Source: an uncultured Candidatus Saccharibacteria bacterium
GTDB taxonomy: Bacteria; Patescibacteriota; Minisyncoccia; Phycocordibacterales; PCTT01
NCBI GenBank assembly: GCA_964566505.1
Contig: CAZMIM010000003.1
Span: forward strand, 16,463-80,462
DNA length: 64,000 nucleotides
Reading direction: 5' to 3'
This document shows positions 38,443 through 46,784 of this stretch, piece after piece. Both the position numbers and the translations under genes were made by a program. The notes below the pieces were generated by a model, which was not told the DNA's origin, searched no databases, and was given only the letters and a program-made list of their open reading frames with translations. Position 1 is the stretch's first letter. Each line of letters begins with the position of its first letter.

Positions 38443-39567
38443 ATGAGATTATTTTCAAAACTAGTAATAGTGGCATTTTTATTTGCGCCATTTCTAACAA
38501 GCGCACAGGCACTACACCAAGACACACAAGGTGTGTGGCGTGCACAAGTTGTTGAGGCCACTGAGTCTGAAGAAGTTATTTTGGATGGCCTAGGTTTTTC
38601 TTCAGAGAAGCAGACAATAACAGCTCGTATATTAGAAGGGGAAAGAGAAGGGGATGAAGTTGTTTTTGAAAATGACTATATACAGCTTAAAAAAGGGGAT
38701 CGATTTTACCTGAATTATTTGGTAACAATTCAGGGAAGTGAGATTTATTCTGTTCGTGAAAAAGACAGGGCTTTTGAAATGTATGCACTTTTTGCACTTT
38801 TTGTATTGGTAGTCATTTTCTTTGGGGGTAAGCAAGGTTTTCGCTCACTTTTGTCACTTGTTGGTAGTATTTTTGTAGTTTTGTATTTTTTGGTTCCTGG
38901 TTTGGTATCGGGCTATTCGCCAGTTCTATTGAGCGTTCTGGTGGCGGGTGGAGTGCTATTCTTTGCAATTTTTGTGACCCATGGTTTCAATAGACGCTCA
39001 TTGATAGCATTCGTGGGTACATTTTCTGCCGTTGTTATAACAGGTATTATTGCGCTTGTTTCTATAAAGACCACAGGACTTACTGGTTTTTCAACAGACG
39101 AGAGTGTGTATCTAAACATTAGTACTGGTGGGAGTCTTAATTTTGTAGGTCTTTTGCTTGCTGGAGTGATTATTGGTTCTCTGGGAGCACTTGATGATAT
39201 TGCTGTAACTCAAGTTGCTGTGGTGCGAGAGCTCTTTGCTGCAAACAAAAAAATAAATCCAAAAGAGGTATACGAGAGAGCAATGCGCGTAGGTAAAGAG
39301 CATGTGGGAGCGCTTGTGAACACACTTGTTCTTGCATACACAGGAGCATCTTTGCCACTACTTCTTTTGTTTTCACTTTCTGAGTCTTCATCTTTGATGA
39401 TTATGAACAGTGAAATATTTGCAGCTGAAATTGTTCGCTCTCTTGTGGGAAGCATAGGTCTTGTACTTACAGTACCTATCACAACACTCCTTGCTGTAAT
39501 GTTTCTTAAAAACAAAGACCTAAAACCACTTTCTGATGACCACGGACACCATCATCACCATCACTAA
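38443..39567 (+). CDS. YibE/F-family membrane protein with C-terminal His run
   Basis: IGSLGALDDIAVTQ, VNTLVLAYTGASLP, EIVRSLVGSIGL...VP.TT. Confidence 0.9.
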   Translation: MRLFSKLVIVAFLFAPFLTSAQALHQDTQGVWRAQVVEATESEEVILDGLGFSSEKQTITARILEGEREGDEVVFENDYIQLKKGDRFYLNYLVTIQGSEIYSVREKDRAFEMYALFALFVLVVIFFGGKQGFRSLLSLVGSIFVVLYFLVPGLVSGYSPVLLSVLVAGGVLFFAIFVTHGFNRRSLIAFVGTFSAVVITGIIALVSIKTTGLTGFSTDESVYLNISTGGSLNFVGLLLAGVIIGSLGALDDIAVTQVAVVRELFAANKKINPKEVYERAMRVGKEHVGALVNTLVLAYTGASLPLLLLFSLSESSSLMIMNSEIFAAEIVRSLVGSIGLVLTVPITTLLAVMFLKNKDLKPLSDDHGHHHHHH

Positions 39568-39570
39568 TTC

Positions 39571-40065
39571 ATGAGTATAGAGTACGAAAAAGCAGTATTT
39601 GCAGGAGGATATTTCTGGGGCATGGAAGAGCTTTTCAGGAAGCTTCCCGGTGTTGTTGATACACAAACTGGATATGCAGGTGGAGACAATACCGACCCAA
39701 CATATGAGAATCATCCTGGTCATGCAGAAGCTCTAGAGATTACTTACGACTCAGAAAAGATTTCATACAAAGAGCTCTTAGACTTTTTCTTTCGTATACA
39801 CAATCCTACCACTAAAAATCAGCAAGGAAACGATATTGGCGAGTCGTACCGTTCTGCTATTTTCTATTCTAATGAAGAAGAAAAAAATGAAGCACAAGCT
39901 TTTATTGAGATAGTGAATGCGTCTGGTCGATGGAAAGACAAGGTGGTAACTACGCTCGAGCCACTTGGAGATTTTCATGAAGCAGAAGAGTATCACCAAG
40001 ATTATCTCCAGAAAAATCCGGGAGGATATACATGTCATGCAGTATTTTTCGACACATATCTATAG
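39571..40065 (+). CDS. msrA: Peptide-methionine (S)-S-oxide reductase; catalytic Cys replaced by Tyr
   Basis: GGYFWG instead of GCFWG; [30 protein letters not shown]. Confidence 0.9.
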   Translation: MSIEYEKAVFAGGYFWGMEELFRKLPGVVDTQTGYAGGDNTDPTYENHPGHAEALEITYDSEKISYKELLDFFFRIHNPTTKNQQGNDIGESYRSAIFYSNEEEKNEAQAFIEIVNASGRWKDKVVTTLEPLGDFHEAEEYHQDYLQKNPGGYTCHAVFFDTYL

Positions 40066-40107
40066 CATGTTATAGTAGTAACCGATTATTCACTAACTCA
40101 TATTGCT

Positions 40108-40578
40108 ATGAATGAAAAAGTTGCAAAAAAGGTAGGGGAGGCTTATGCCTTTTCTCAAATTCTTAACAATCTATATAGTGACTACCCTGCGGTAGTGGAG
40201 GAACTTTTGGAAGACAAAAGTACCGATATAGAAAATAAAACTTCTGGGCACATAAGCGGTCTTGAGCGAGTTGCTCAAGAGCTTGAGATGCACGAGGTTG
40301 TTGTTACAAAAGCAGAAAAAACTGTCTCAAAGATTACTGGAATGGGAGAAACATATGTTGGTGACGAGTGGGATAACCCTGTGGAGGTACTAGAGTGGAT
40401 GAGCTTCTTTCTTGGGGCTGCAATTATTCACTGGAACCTTATCCTAGGAAGCGCACAAGAGATGGGGCACGATGATTTTGCTTCAGTGGCTGGTGATGGG
40501 CTTTCATATTTTCAAGAACTATTTCAAGCACTTACTGACAAGTCAGAAGAGGTAGGAAAGGCACGCGCACAAGGATAA
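40108..40578 (+). CDS. Hypothetical helical protein (possibly ferritin-like)
   Basis: 156-aa acidic ORF with helical-looking sequence, host-like codon usage. Confidence 0.65.
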   Translation: MNEKVAKKVGEAYAFSQILNNLYSDYPAVVEELLEDKSTDIENKTSGHISGLERVAQELEMHEVVVTKAEKTVSKITGMGETYVGDEWDNPVEVLEWMSFFLGAAIIHWNLILGSAQEMGHDDFASVAGDGLSYFQELFQALTDKSEEVGKARAQG

Positions 40579-40694
40579 AGCGGGTTTTCTTGTACACATA
40601 GACATTTACCGTTTTTGGTTGTGTTATTTCTAAGTTACAGTATACTTACACACATTGCCTTTATTATCAGATTAAAACGGGGCAAGAAAATTAC

Positions 40695-40976
40695 ATGGAA
40701 GAAAGAAAAATGTTTTCAGGTGATTGGAGCTGTGCAAGCTGTGACACCAAAATTAGCGAGTTACCATTTGAGCCTCGTGATACAAGTAATCTCCTTTGTC
40801 GAGATTGTCATCGCGCACAGAGAGCTGACCGACCACGAAAAGAGCGCACTATGTTCCAAGGATCATGGACATGCGCAGGGTGTAACGGAGCTATCACTGA
40901 ACTCCCATTCCAACCTCGAGATGAGAGTAACCTTAAGTGTCGCGATTGTTTCAAGAAAGAAAAGGGATTTGTTTAA
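40695..40976 (+). CDS. CxxC-x17-CxxC zinc-binding protein (two tandem domains)
   Basis: CASC..ELPFEP..LLCRDC and CAGC..ELPFQP..LKCRDC. Confidence 0.88.
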   Translation: MEERKMFSGDWSCASCDTKISELPFEPRDTSNLLCRDCHRAQRADRPRKERTMFQGSWTCAGCNGAITELPFQPRDESNLKCRDCFKKEKGFV

Positions 40977-41032
40977 AGCAAAACAAAAAACCACTCATGT
41001 GAGTGGTTTTTTGTTTTTTGAATAAGCGGATA

Positions 41033-41938
41033 TTATTTGAATATTGCAGAACCAGAATCAAATTTGAGATCAAAAATCAGGTTTCCTTTACTGGTGAAGA
41101 AAAATGACTGTATTTCAGACAATAGAGACACAAATTCGTTTTCTTGAGAGTCAGCACAATACTTTTTTGTCATAGCTATATTTTCGTCAAAAGAAATAGT
41201 ATTTTCATTGCTAGTGTATGAACCGCTTAGAAGGTTACAGTCTGTGGTTGCAGAAAATGTACCATCTTCATTAAAAGTGATGGTAAATGCGTCAATATCG
41301 TTTGGGGTAACTACCGTATCGTTGTTGTATTGTGTTTCTAGCCACGTCCATGATTTCATTGAGATTGTCATGATGTTTGTGTCTGCTTCTCCTTCAAAAT
41401 TGGGTTCTACAATAGCCCACTGCATACTTTCTGGGTCGAGCTTGAGATATGCACTTTTGCCTATAGAAGGTTGTGTCGCCATTGATTCACTTGGAGCACG
41501 GTCTGCGTAATTTATAACAACTACATTTTTATGCTGCGGGTTTTGACTTAGGTTTGTGCTTTGTGGAGCGATTCTGTCACCAAGAAAATATCCATCTGAT
41601 CCAACATATCCATTTTCTGTATTGAGCGCAGCAACTGCGTAATAGAATGTACCACTTCCGCCAGTTTGTTGTGTAAGGAGAAATACAACATCCTCTCTAT
41701 CATCATTGTTTAAATCAGTGAAAAGTTCATTTCCGAAGTATGTAGTTATTATTGAAGCAGATGAATTTTCTGTATGGGTTTCCGATACTCCATTTTTTAG
41801 GATAACTTCGTTTTCCTCGATAAGATATGCGGTGTTTTTGTAATCCTGTGCCTGTGTATCTGGCTTACCAAAGTGCCACAACAGTAGGCCAAACAAAACA
41901 ATAATAAGTACTGATACCAGCATTTTTTGATTTTTCAT
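41033..41938 (-). CDS. Exported META-domain protein
   Basis: N-terminal anchor, GGSGTFYY, LGDRI, C-terminal TDCN...Y...MTKKYC..E..F. Confidence 0.78.
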   Translation of the reverse strand: MKNQKMLVSVLIIVLFGLLLWHFGKPDTQAQDYKNTAYLIEENEVILKNGVSETHTENSSASIITTYFGNELFTDLNNDDREDVVFLLTQQTGGSGTFYYAVAALNTENGYVGSDGYFLGDRIAPQSTNLSQNPQHKNVVVINYADRAPSESMATQPSIGKSAYLKLDPESMQWAIVEPNFEGEADTNIMTISMKSWTWLETQYNNDTVVTPNDIDAFTITFNEDGTFSATTDCNLLSGSYTSNENTISFDENIAMTKKYCADSQENEFVSLLSEIQSFFFTSKGNLIFDLKFDSGSAIFK

Positions 41939-41941
41939 ATT

Positions 41942-42169
41942 TTATTTTTTGTATATATCAATAATTCGGTATACGACAATCGGGAGCCATACTAAAAAGC
42001 TTGCAAGTCCTATGATGAAGAATGTTGCGGTTGCTTTATAAAAGTTTTCTGCCTCGTGCATAAACCAGATTGAAACCAAGAGAGACAGCGCGCACAAAAG
42101 CATAAAAGAGAGAAACATTCGAAGTGATATTCTCTCTATCTTTTGTATTTTTTCACTCAATTTAATCAT
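41942..42169 (-). CDS. Hypothetical small membrane protein
   Basis: 75 aa, two TM segments, TATAAT-6nt-ATG start. Confidence 0.7.
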   Translation of the reverse strand: MIKLSEKIQKIERISLRMFLSFMLLCALSLLVSIWFMHEAENFYKATATFFIIGLASFLVWLPIVVYRIIDIYKK

Positions 42170-42243
42170 GTGTGTATTATAACAAAAAAAGAAAACCCCC
42201 AGGATAGGGGGTAAAAATTTTTAGTCGTAATAGGAACTAATTA

Positions 42244-42366
42244 CTATTTTCGTTTCTTTTTCTCTGCTTTTTTCGCAAGCATTTCTCTTTTTGCAGCAAG
42301 TCTTTTTGCCGTCTTTTTTGATCGTGGCTTACTTCTTTTTCCAAGACCTGTACTTCTTTTTGCCAT
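42244..42366 (-). CDS. 40-aa highly basic small protein (not in ORF track)
   Basis: MAKRSTGLGKRSKPRSKKTAKRLAAKREMLAKKAEKKKRK, followed by TAG TAA and a downstream terminator hairpin. Confidence 0.65.
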   Translation of the reverse strand: MAKRSTGLGKRSKPRSKKTAKRLAAKREMLAKKAEKKKRK

Positions 42367-42439
42367 AATTATTTATTATTTCTTTTGTAAAAATATATAT
42401 TAACAAATAAAAGCAGTTATAGAACTGCTTTTATTTACT

Positions 42440-42640
42440 TTATGCTCGACTTACTTTTACTGCGTTTGGTCCTTTTGGACCATCTGCAACTTCAAATGTT
42501 ACTTCATCTCCTGTGTTCAACTCATCGAATGATACTCCATCAAGTTCGTTTGAGTGAAAGAAAAGGTTTTTATCAAAACCTTCTCGAGAAATGAATCCGT
42601 AACCTTTGTCTGTAAGGCCGTCAATTACTCCTTTTTCCAT
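42440..42640 (-). CDS. Cold-shock domain protein
   Basis: KGYGFI (RNP1), LFFH (RNP2), GPKGPNA. Confidence 0.95.
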   Translation of the reverse strand: MEKGVIDGLTDKGYGFISREGFDKNLFFHSNELDGVSFDELNTGDEVTFEVADGPKGPNAVKVSRA

Positions 42641-42724
42641 TGTTTTAGAACTAAATTAATAAAATTTCAAACAAAACCAGAAATTAAACTAAAAAGCTCT
42701 AACCAAGTTGTTATTTGAGGTTGT

Positions 42725-42753
42725 ATAATACGACGAACTATTTTAATAGTCAA
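42725..42753 (-). promoter_or_regulatory. Sigma-70 promoter of the cold-shock gene
   Basis: TTGACT-17nt-TATTAT, giving a ~80-nt leader. Confidence 0.65.
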
Positions 42754-42850
42754 GATTATTTATTTTGAACATTGGTTAAATATGTTGACTTGTTTTCTAT
42801 AGATATGTAGTATTTTGTTGAGTTTTTGTACCACCAAACTAAATACAATA

Positions 42851-43312
42851 ATGGAAAAGACCAAAATACAGTGGCGCAAGCCTGCTGAGAAGCTCATCAT
42901 GACATTGGTCGCGTTGTGGCTAATGACATGGTTCCCCGGGTATCTTGCGAACACTTCACTGGTTGAGTCTGCGGTAGAAGACGCTGTTGCTTGGGCAGCT
43001 CCTGAAGAGGAGATGGCTGAAGCTCGGGTAGAAATACCGCTTGCAGACAGCTCATTTTTGGGCCGTACCAGGCGTATGGCAGAGAATGCATGGAATGCTA
43101 CAAGCGAGACTCTTGAGAGCGGTGTAGAGGCTGTGCATAGGGGAACATACTCGGGTATGGAGATACTGCTTCGCGGAATTCTCAAGATGCTCGTTTTTGC
43201 AACAGCATTTGTGGGACTTCTGTTGGTTGCGTATCTCAATGCGCAAGAGTTCATCCCATCGTTTTTCTTGGACTTTCTATTTTCTATTTTCAAGAGAGCT
43301 TTTGTCGGCTAG
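42851..43312 (+). CDS. Hypothetical membrane protein (GC-richer)
   Basis: Two hydrophobic segments; own TTGACT-17-TAGTAT promoter and terminator 43321..43354. Confidence 0.6.
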   Translation: MEKTKIQWRKPAEKLIMTLVALWLMTWFPGYLANTSLVESAVEDAVAWAAPEEEMAEARVEIPLADSSFLGRTRRMAENAWNATSETLESGVEAVHRGTYSGMEILLRGILKMLVFATAFVGLLLVAYLNAQEFIPSFFLDFLFSIFKRAFVG

Positions 43313-43388
43313 CTTACAAAAACCCCGCTGAATTCAAATGAATTCAGCGGGGTTAAGCATTGGTCGTAAAATATAGTATAGTTGTTAT

Positions 43389-44162
43389 ATGAAAAAAATA
43401 CTTATTTATACATTTATCACATCGCTTTTCTTTATTTCGGTTCAAAATGTAGAAGCAGAAGAATATGAGATTGGTAAATATACAGTGATTATCGAAGAGA
43501 GTTGTGATCGTTCTATTTATATTATGACCGATGTTGTAAGAGACAGCTCTGGTTCAGATACGTGGCGTATTGTGTGTGAGCTTCATAAAGATGGAGAGGC
43601 TCATAAGGGAATAAATATATTTAATCTAGAAGAAATAATTCAAGCAAAAGAGAAAAGCGAAAAAGGTTGGTCACAAAAGAATGAAACAGAGGAAACAGAA
43701 GATGTAGAAGAAGAGAAAGTAGAAGAAGGGGGATTTTCTATCTGGATACAAGACATGACAACAGGTGTATCTTCTTTTATTTCAGGAGAAATATTGTGTA
43801 AAAATGAAGCCTCAAAACAACCACAAAAGGGGAGTATTGTCTCAATGAGCGGTGATATTTTTATCACAAGAGGTATAAAAATATTCCCTGCGACAGGAAG
43901 CGATGCACTTATTGGTGGAGATATTCTTACAATAAGAGATGAGTCAACAGCTACAATTTTGCTAAATGATACAGGTCAGCTAAAAATAAGTCAGAAAACA
44001 AGGTTTCAGATTCCAAGAGAGCCTTATACATGCGCTCGAAACAAAGCAATCTTTGGAATAAAAAATGGAATCGGAAGTATATGGAATGCACTCAAAGACA
44101 ACCTGAAGGGAGAGAGTTATGAAATAAAAACCCCATCAGGTACTCCAGGCGTAAGAGGGTAG
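43389..44162 (+). CDS. Exported protein with FecR-like C-terminal domain
   Basis: Signal peptide; GD.L...ES.A.I...D.G...I...T.F and IKTPSGTPGVRG. Confidence 0.6.
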   Translation: MKKILIYTFITSLFFISVQNVEAEEYEIGKYTVIIEESCDRSIYIMTDVVRDSSGSDTWRIVCELHKDGEAHKGINIFNLEEIIQAKEKSEKGWSQKNETEETEDVEEEKVEEGGFSIWIQDMTTGVSSFISGEILCKNEASKQPQKGSIVSMSGDIFITRGIKIFPATGSDALIGGDILTIRDESTATILLNDTGQLKISQKTRFQIPREPYTCARNKAIFGIKNGIGSIWNALKDNLKGESYEIKTPSGTPGVRG

Positions 44163-44257
44163 AGATACTAGAGTTATACTTCTACTCAAGAGTCGCTTTT
44201 GAGAATATTACATGAAATGTTTTGCAGTATATTACCGCCGTGCCATATAATATATTT

Positions 44258-44833
44258 ATGATAAATAAAATAACAGCAACAAGCTTATTAATAGGTGTCT
44301 TAATTGGTGTTGGAATTGTTTTTTTAAAAAACGATAATCAAATTGATAAAAATAATAAATCATCACAATTAAATAAAGATAATTGTTTATCAGAAGATTG
44401 TTTAATAGTAGATGATTTAGAATATCCAGCCAGCCAACTACCAGCAGACGTTGAACAAGCTCTGTATGAGGCAATTCAAGACGAGTATAAAGCAAGGACT
44501 TTATATGAAGTAACGATAGATAAATTTGGTGCAGTAAGACCTTTTTCAATGATTGTTAGGGCAGAGGAACAACACATAAGTTCTTTAAAATCTATTTATG
44601 ATAAATATGGTTTAGATATTCCTGATCCAGAAAATATATCACTATCTATGCCAGATAAATTATCAGAGGTTTGTCAGATTGGAGTAGATGCTGAAATTGC
44701 AAATGTTAATTTGTACAAAAATGAACTTTTATCAAAGGTTTATGAGTATCCAGATATAACTTCTGTATTCAACAACTTAATGAATGCATCACAGGAAAAA
44801 CATCTCCCAGCTTTCGAGAGATGCGCAAAATAG
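44258..44833 (+). CDS. DUF2202 / ferritin-like exported protein
   Basis: DEYKA..LY, PF..I..AEEQH, GVDAEIANV.LY, AS..KHLPAF.RC. Confidence 0.78.
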   Translation: MINKITATSLLIGVLIGVGIVFLKNDNQIDKNNKSSQLNKDNCLSEDCLIVDDLEYPASQLPADVEQALYEAIQDEYKARTLYEVTIDKFGAVRPFSMIVRAEEQHISSLKSIYDKYGLDIPDPENISLSMPDKLSEVCQIGVDAEIANVNLYKNELLSKVYEYPDITSVFNNLMNASQEKHLPAFERCAK

Positions 44834-44988
44834 ATACTCAATCTTTCTTTCTAGCGCACATACCGTTGAAGGAGTTGTGTTTTGTTGTGAAGCAAAGCTT
44901 CTACTATGGGGTTAGAACTTGTTTCGTGTAAAAGAAAACCGCCCATCCGAAGACGAGCGGTCTTCGAAGAGGGCGGTGTGATTGAATC

Positions 44989-45492
44989 TCACATGTAGTG
45001 TCGGTCTGCGGGTGTCAATTTACGAGACCTTTCATTTACAGGGATTTCTGTCATGTGGTTTCGGATGAAATCCCTTTTGATATCCATTGACCTTGAACGA
45101 ATTTTATCTTCATCCAAGTTTCTACCACCAAGCACTGTTGCAAGAAGACCAAGAGCCTGAGATTCTAATTGTCTTCCGTAGAGATTGTCGTCGAGTCTGG
45201 CTCGATCTCGTGACTCTTGATGAACCAATGGTTCTTTGCAGTCGAGTGCCCAGAACCTTTCCATTGCAACAATGAATGAAGATGCGGACAAGTCTTCAAG
45301 GCTATTTACAAATCTGACAAAATTTGTAGCCTCGGATTCTCCTACATCTTTTTTTATCCCGAGATATATCATCTCGAGAATTTTTGAATTCAGGTCTCCC
45401 AAAGAGGGTGGACGGCCTGCGTAAAATCCACTACGGAACAGGAATTTCCCTTCTGTCCATTCAAGAGAGGCTTCCATTAAAGGCTTGTTCAT
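44989..45492 (-). CDS. Hypothetical protein
   Basis: ORF with own promoter (TAGACA..TGG-TATCAT) and terminator; start taken at ATG 45492. Confidence 0.6.
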   Translation of the reverse strand: MNKPLMEASLEWTEGKFLFRSGFYAGRPPSLGDLNSKILEMIYLGIKKDVGESEATNFVRFVNSLEDLSASSFIVAMERFWALDCKEPLVHQESRDRARLDDNLYGRQLESQALGLLATVLGGRNLDEDKIRSRSMDIKRDFIRNHMTEIPVNERSRKLTPADRHYM

Positions 45493-45680
45493 TGAAATAC
45501 CTTTGATTGTGAGTTGTACAAATTCATGGATATGATACCACAATATTGTACTTTTGTCTAGCTCCGATGGGTGAGGGAAGTTTATCCCGCGTTTGCGGGG
45601 TTAGAACTTATTTAATAGAAAAAGCCCCTTGATGTTATCTCGGGGCTTCATCCGATTATGTATACCAAATCGGGAAATCT

Positions 45681-45857
45681 TCACTTACAAGCCAAATCCT
45701 TGATACGTCTTTCCTCTTCGTGGGAGACCCCGTCGATAAAGACGACATACATGCCTTGTTTGTAGAGCTTTATGAAGGCCCTCGCGGCACAGAAGAGGCT
45801 TGAGAATCTGCGCTCAAAGTTAGAGCACAGATCGTCGTATCCAAAAACTTTGTACAT
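45681..45857 (-). CDS. Hypothetical small protein
   Basis: MYKVFGYDDL..., own TTGACA promoter and terminator. Confidence 0.55.
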   Translation of the reverse strand: MYKVFGYDDLCSNFERRFSSLFCAARAFIKLYKQGMYVVFIDGVSHEEERRIKDLACK

Positions 45858-45991
45858 GACAGTTGTCCTTGTTTGAGTTAATCTGGAAGTCTCCTTATAT
45901 AGTATCATAATATATAGTATGTGTCAAGAATTAGGTTCTAACTCCCAATTGGGGTATAAAAAATAACCGCCTTGTTAAGCGATTATTTTCT

Positions 45992-46330
45992 TGGCTCCGC
46001 GGGCGGGATTCGAACCTGCAACCTACCGGTTACACGTATCCTAATATTTCTAAAAGGGGTGGACTATATCATCATCCTCTGAATATTCAGGAGGATGCAA
46101 GGCGCTTCCCAATGTTACGTAATCTGTTACGTAACAAGAGTACTCCCAAAAGGGATAGTCTCTGAACCTTCTTACCTAAATAGGTAAGCTTGGCTGCTGA
46201 TTACCCACGACTTTACGTTTGGGCTTCCAGACAATTCACCTTGTTTTCGACCTACATTTCTGTAGGAAGCTGCTATTTGAAACGAAGTTTCGTGTTACAG
46301 CCGGTTGCTCTACCATTGAGCTACCGCGGA
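45992..46330 (-). tRNA. tRNA-Asn (GTT), exons 46330..46297 and 46032..45992, interrupted by a group I intron
   Basis: Spliced: TCCGCGGTAGCTCAATGGTAGAGCAACCGGCTGT|TAACCGGTAGGTTGCAGGTTCGAATCCCGCCCGCGGAGCCA, a 75-nt cloverleaf with CCA. Confidence 0.93.
46033..46296 (-). ncRNA. Group I intron (264 nt, no ORF) inside the anticodon, position 35/36
   Basis: P GAATTGTCTGGAA, Q AATCAGCAG, R TTCAGAGACTA, S GATATAGTCC. The 5' exon ends in U, and GCUGU pairs with IGS GCAGC (U-G wobble). The intron ends in G. Confidence 0.92.
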
Positions 46331-46340
46331 ATATTTTTTA

Positions 46341-46358
46341 TCCGCGGTAGCTCAATGG
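46341..46358 (+). repeat. Inverted copy of tRNA-Asn nucleotides 1-18
   Basis: TCCGCGGTAGCTCAATGG is the exact reverse complement of 46313..46330; 10-nt spacer. Confidence 0.9.
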
Positions 46359-46471
46359 CATCACGGAATATAAAAAGATCACGAACCAATAATGATTCGT
46401 GGGGAAATAGTATCAAAAAAAAGTGGATATTGGAAGCGTGATATAATAGGTACATAACAAGAGTATGTTTT

Positions 46472-46535
46472 TGGTTTTTGAAAATTTAAACATTTAAAAT
46501 TGTTTAGAAATTAAAAATTGAAAATTAGAAATTGG
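46472..46535. repeat. AT-rich heptamer array (TTAGAAA type)
   Basis: ...TTAGAAA TTAAAAA TTGAAAA TTAGAAA TTGG upstream of the DUF167 gene. Confidence 0.6.
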
Positions 46536-46548
46536 AACAAAGTGACTT

Positions 46549-46773
46549 ATGTACGTTAAGGTGAGAGTTTATCCAAAAAGCAAGAAAGAAAAAATAGAAG
46601 AAACAGGAGAGAATCGTTTTGATGTGCATGTGAAAGAGCTGGCAAAAGATAATAGAGCAAATGAAAGAATGATAGAAATGATGGCGCGCCACTTTTCAGT
46701 AAATAAAAGTGCCATACGAATTATTAATGGGCATCACAGCCCCTCGAAGTTATTAAGTGTTACTAGCTCATAA
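46549..46773 (+). CDS. DUF167 (YggU) family protein
   Basis: VRVYPKSKKE, V.E.A.DNRAN, I.IING..S..K. Confidence 0.88.
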   Translation: MYVKVRVYPKSKKEKIEETGENRFDVHVKELAKDNRANERMIEMMARHFSVNKSAIRIINGHHSPSKLLSVTSS

Positions 46774-46784
46774 CAATATTTACA

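Noticed and set aside
46190-46441. 83-aa ORF as an intron-encoded homing endonuclease
   Set aside because: It is antisense to the intron core and tRNA exon, with no LAGLIDADG, HNH or GIY-YIG motif.
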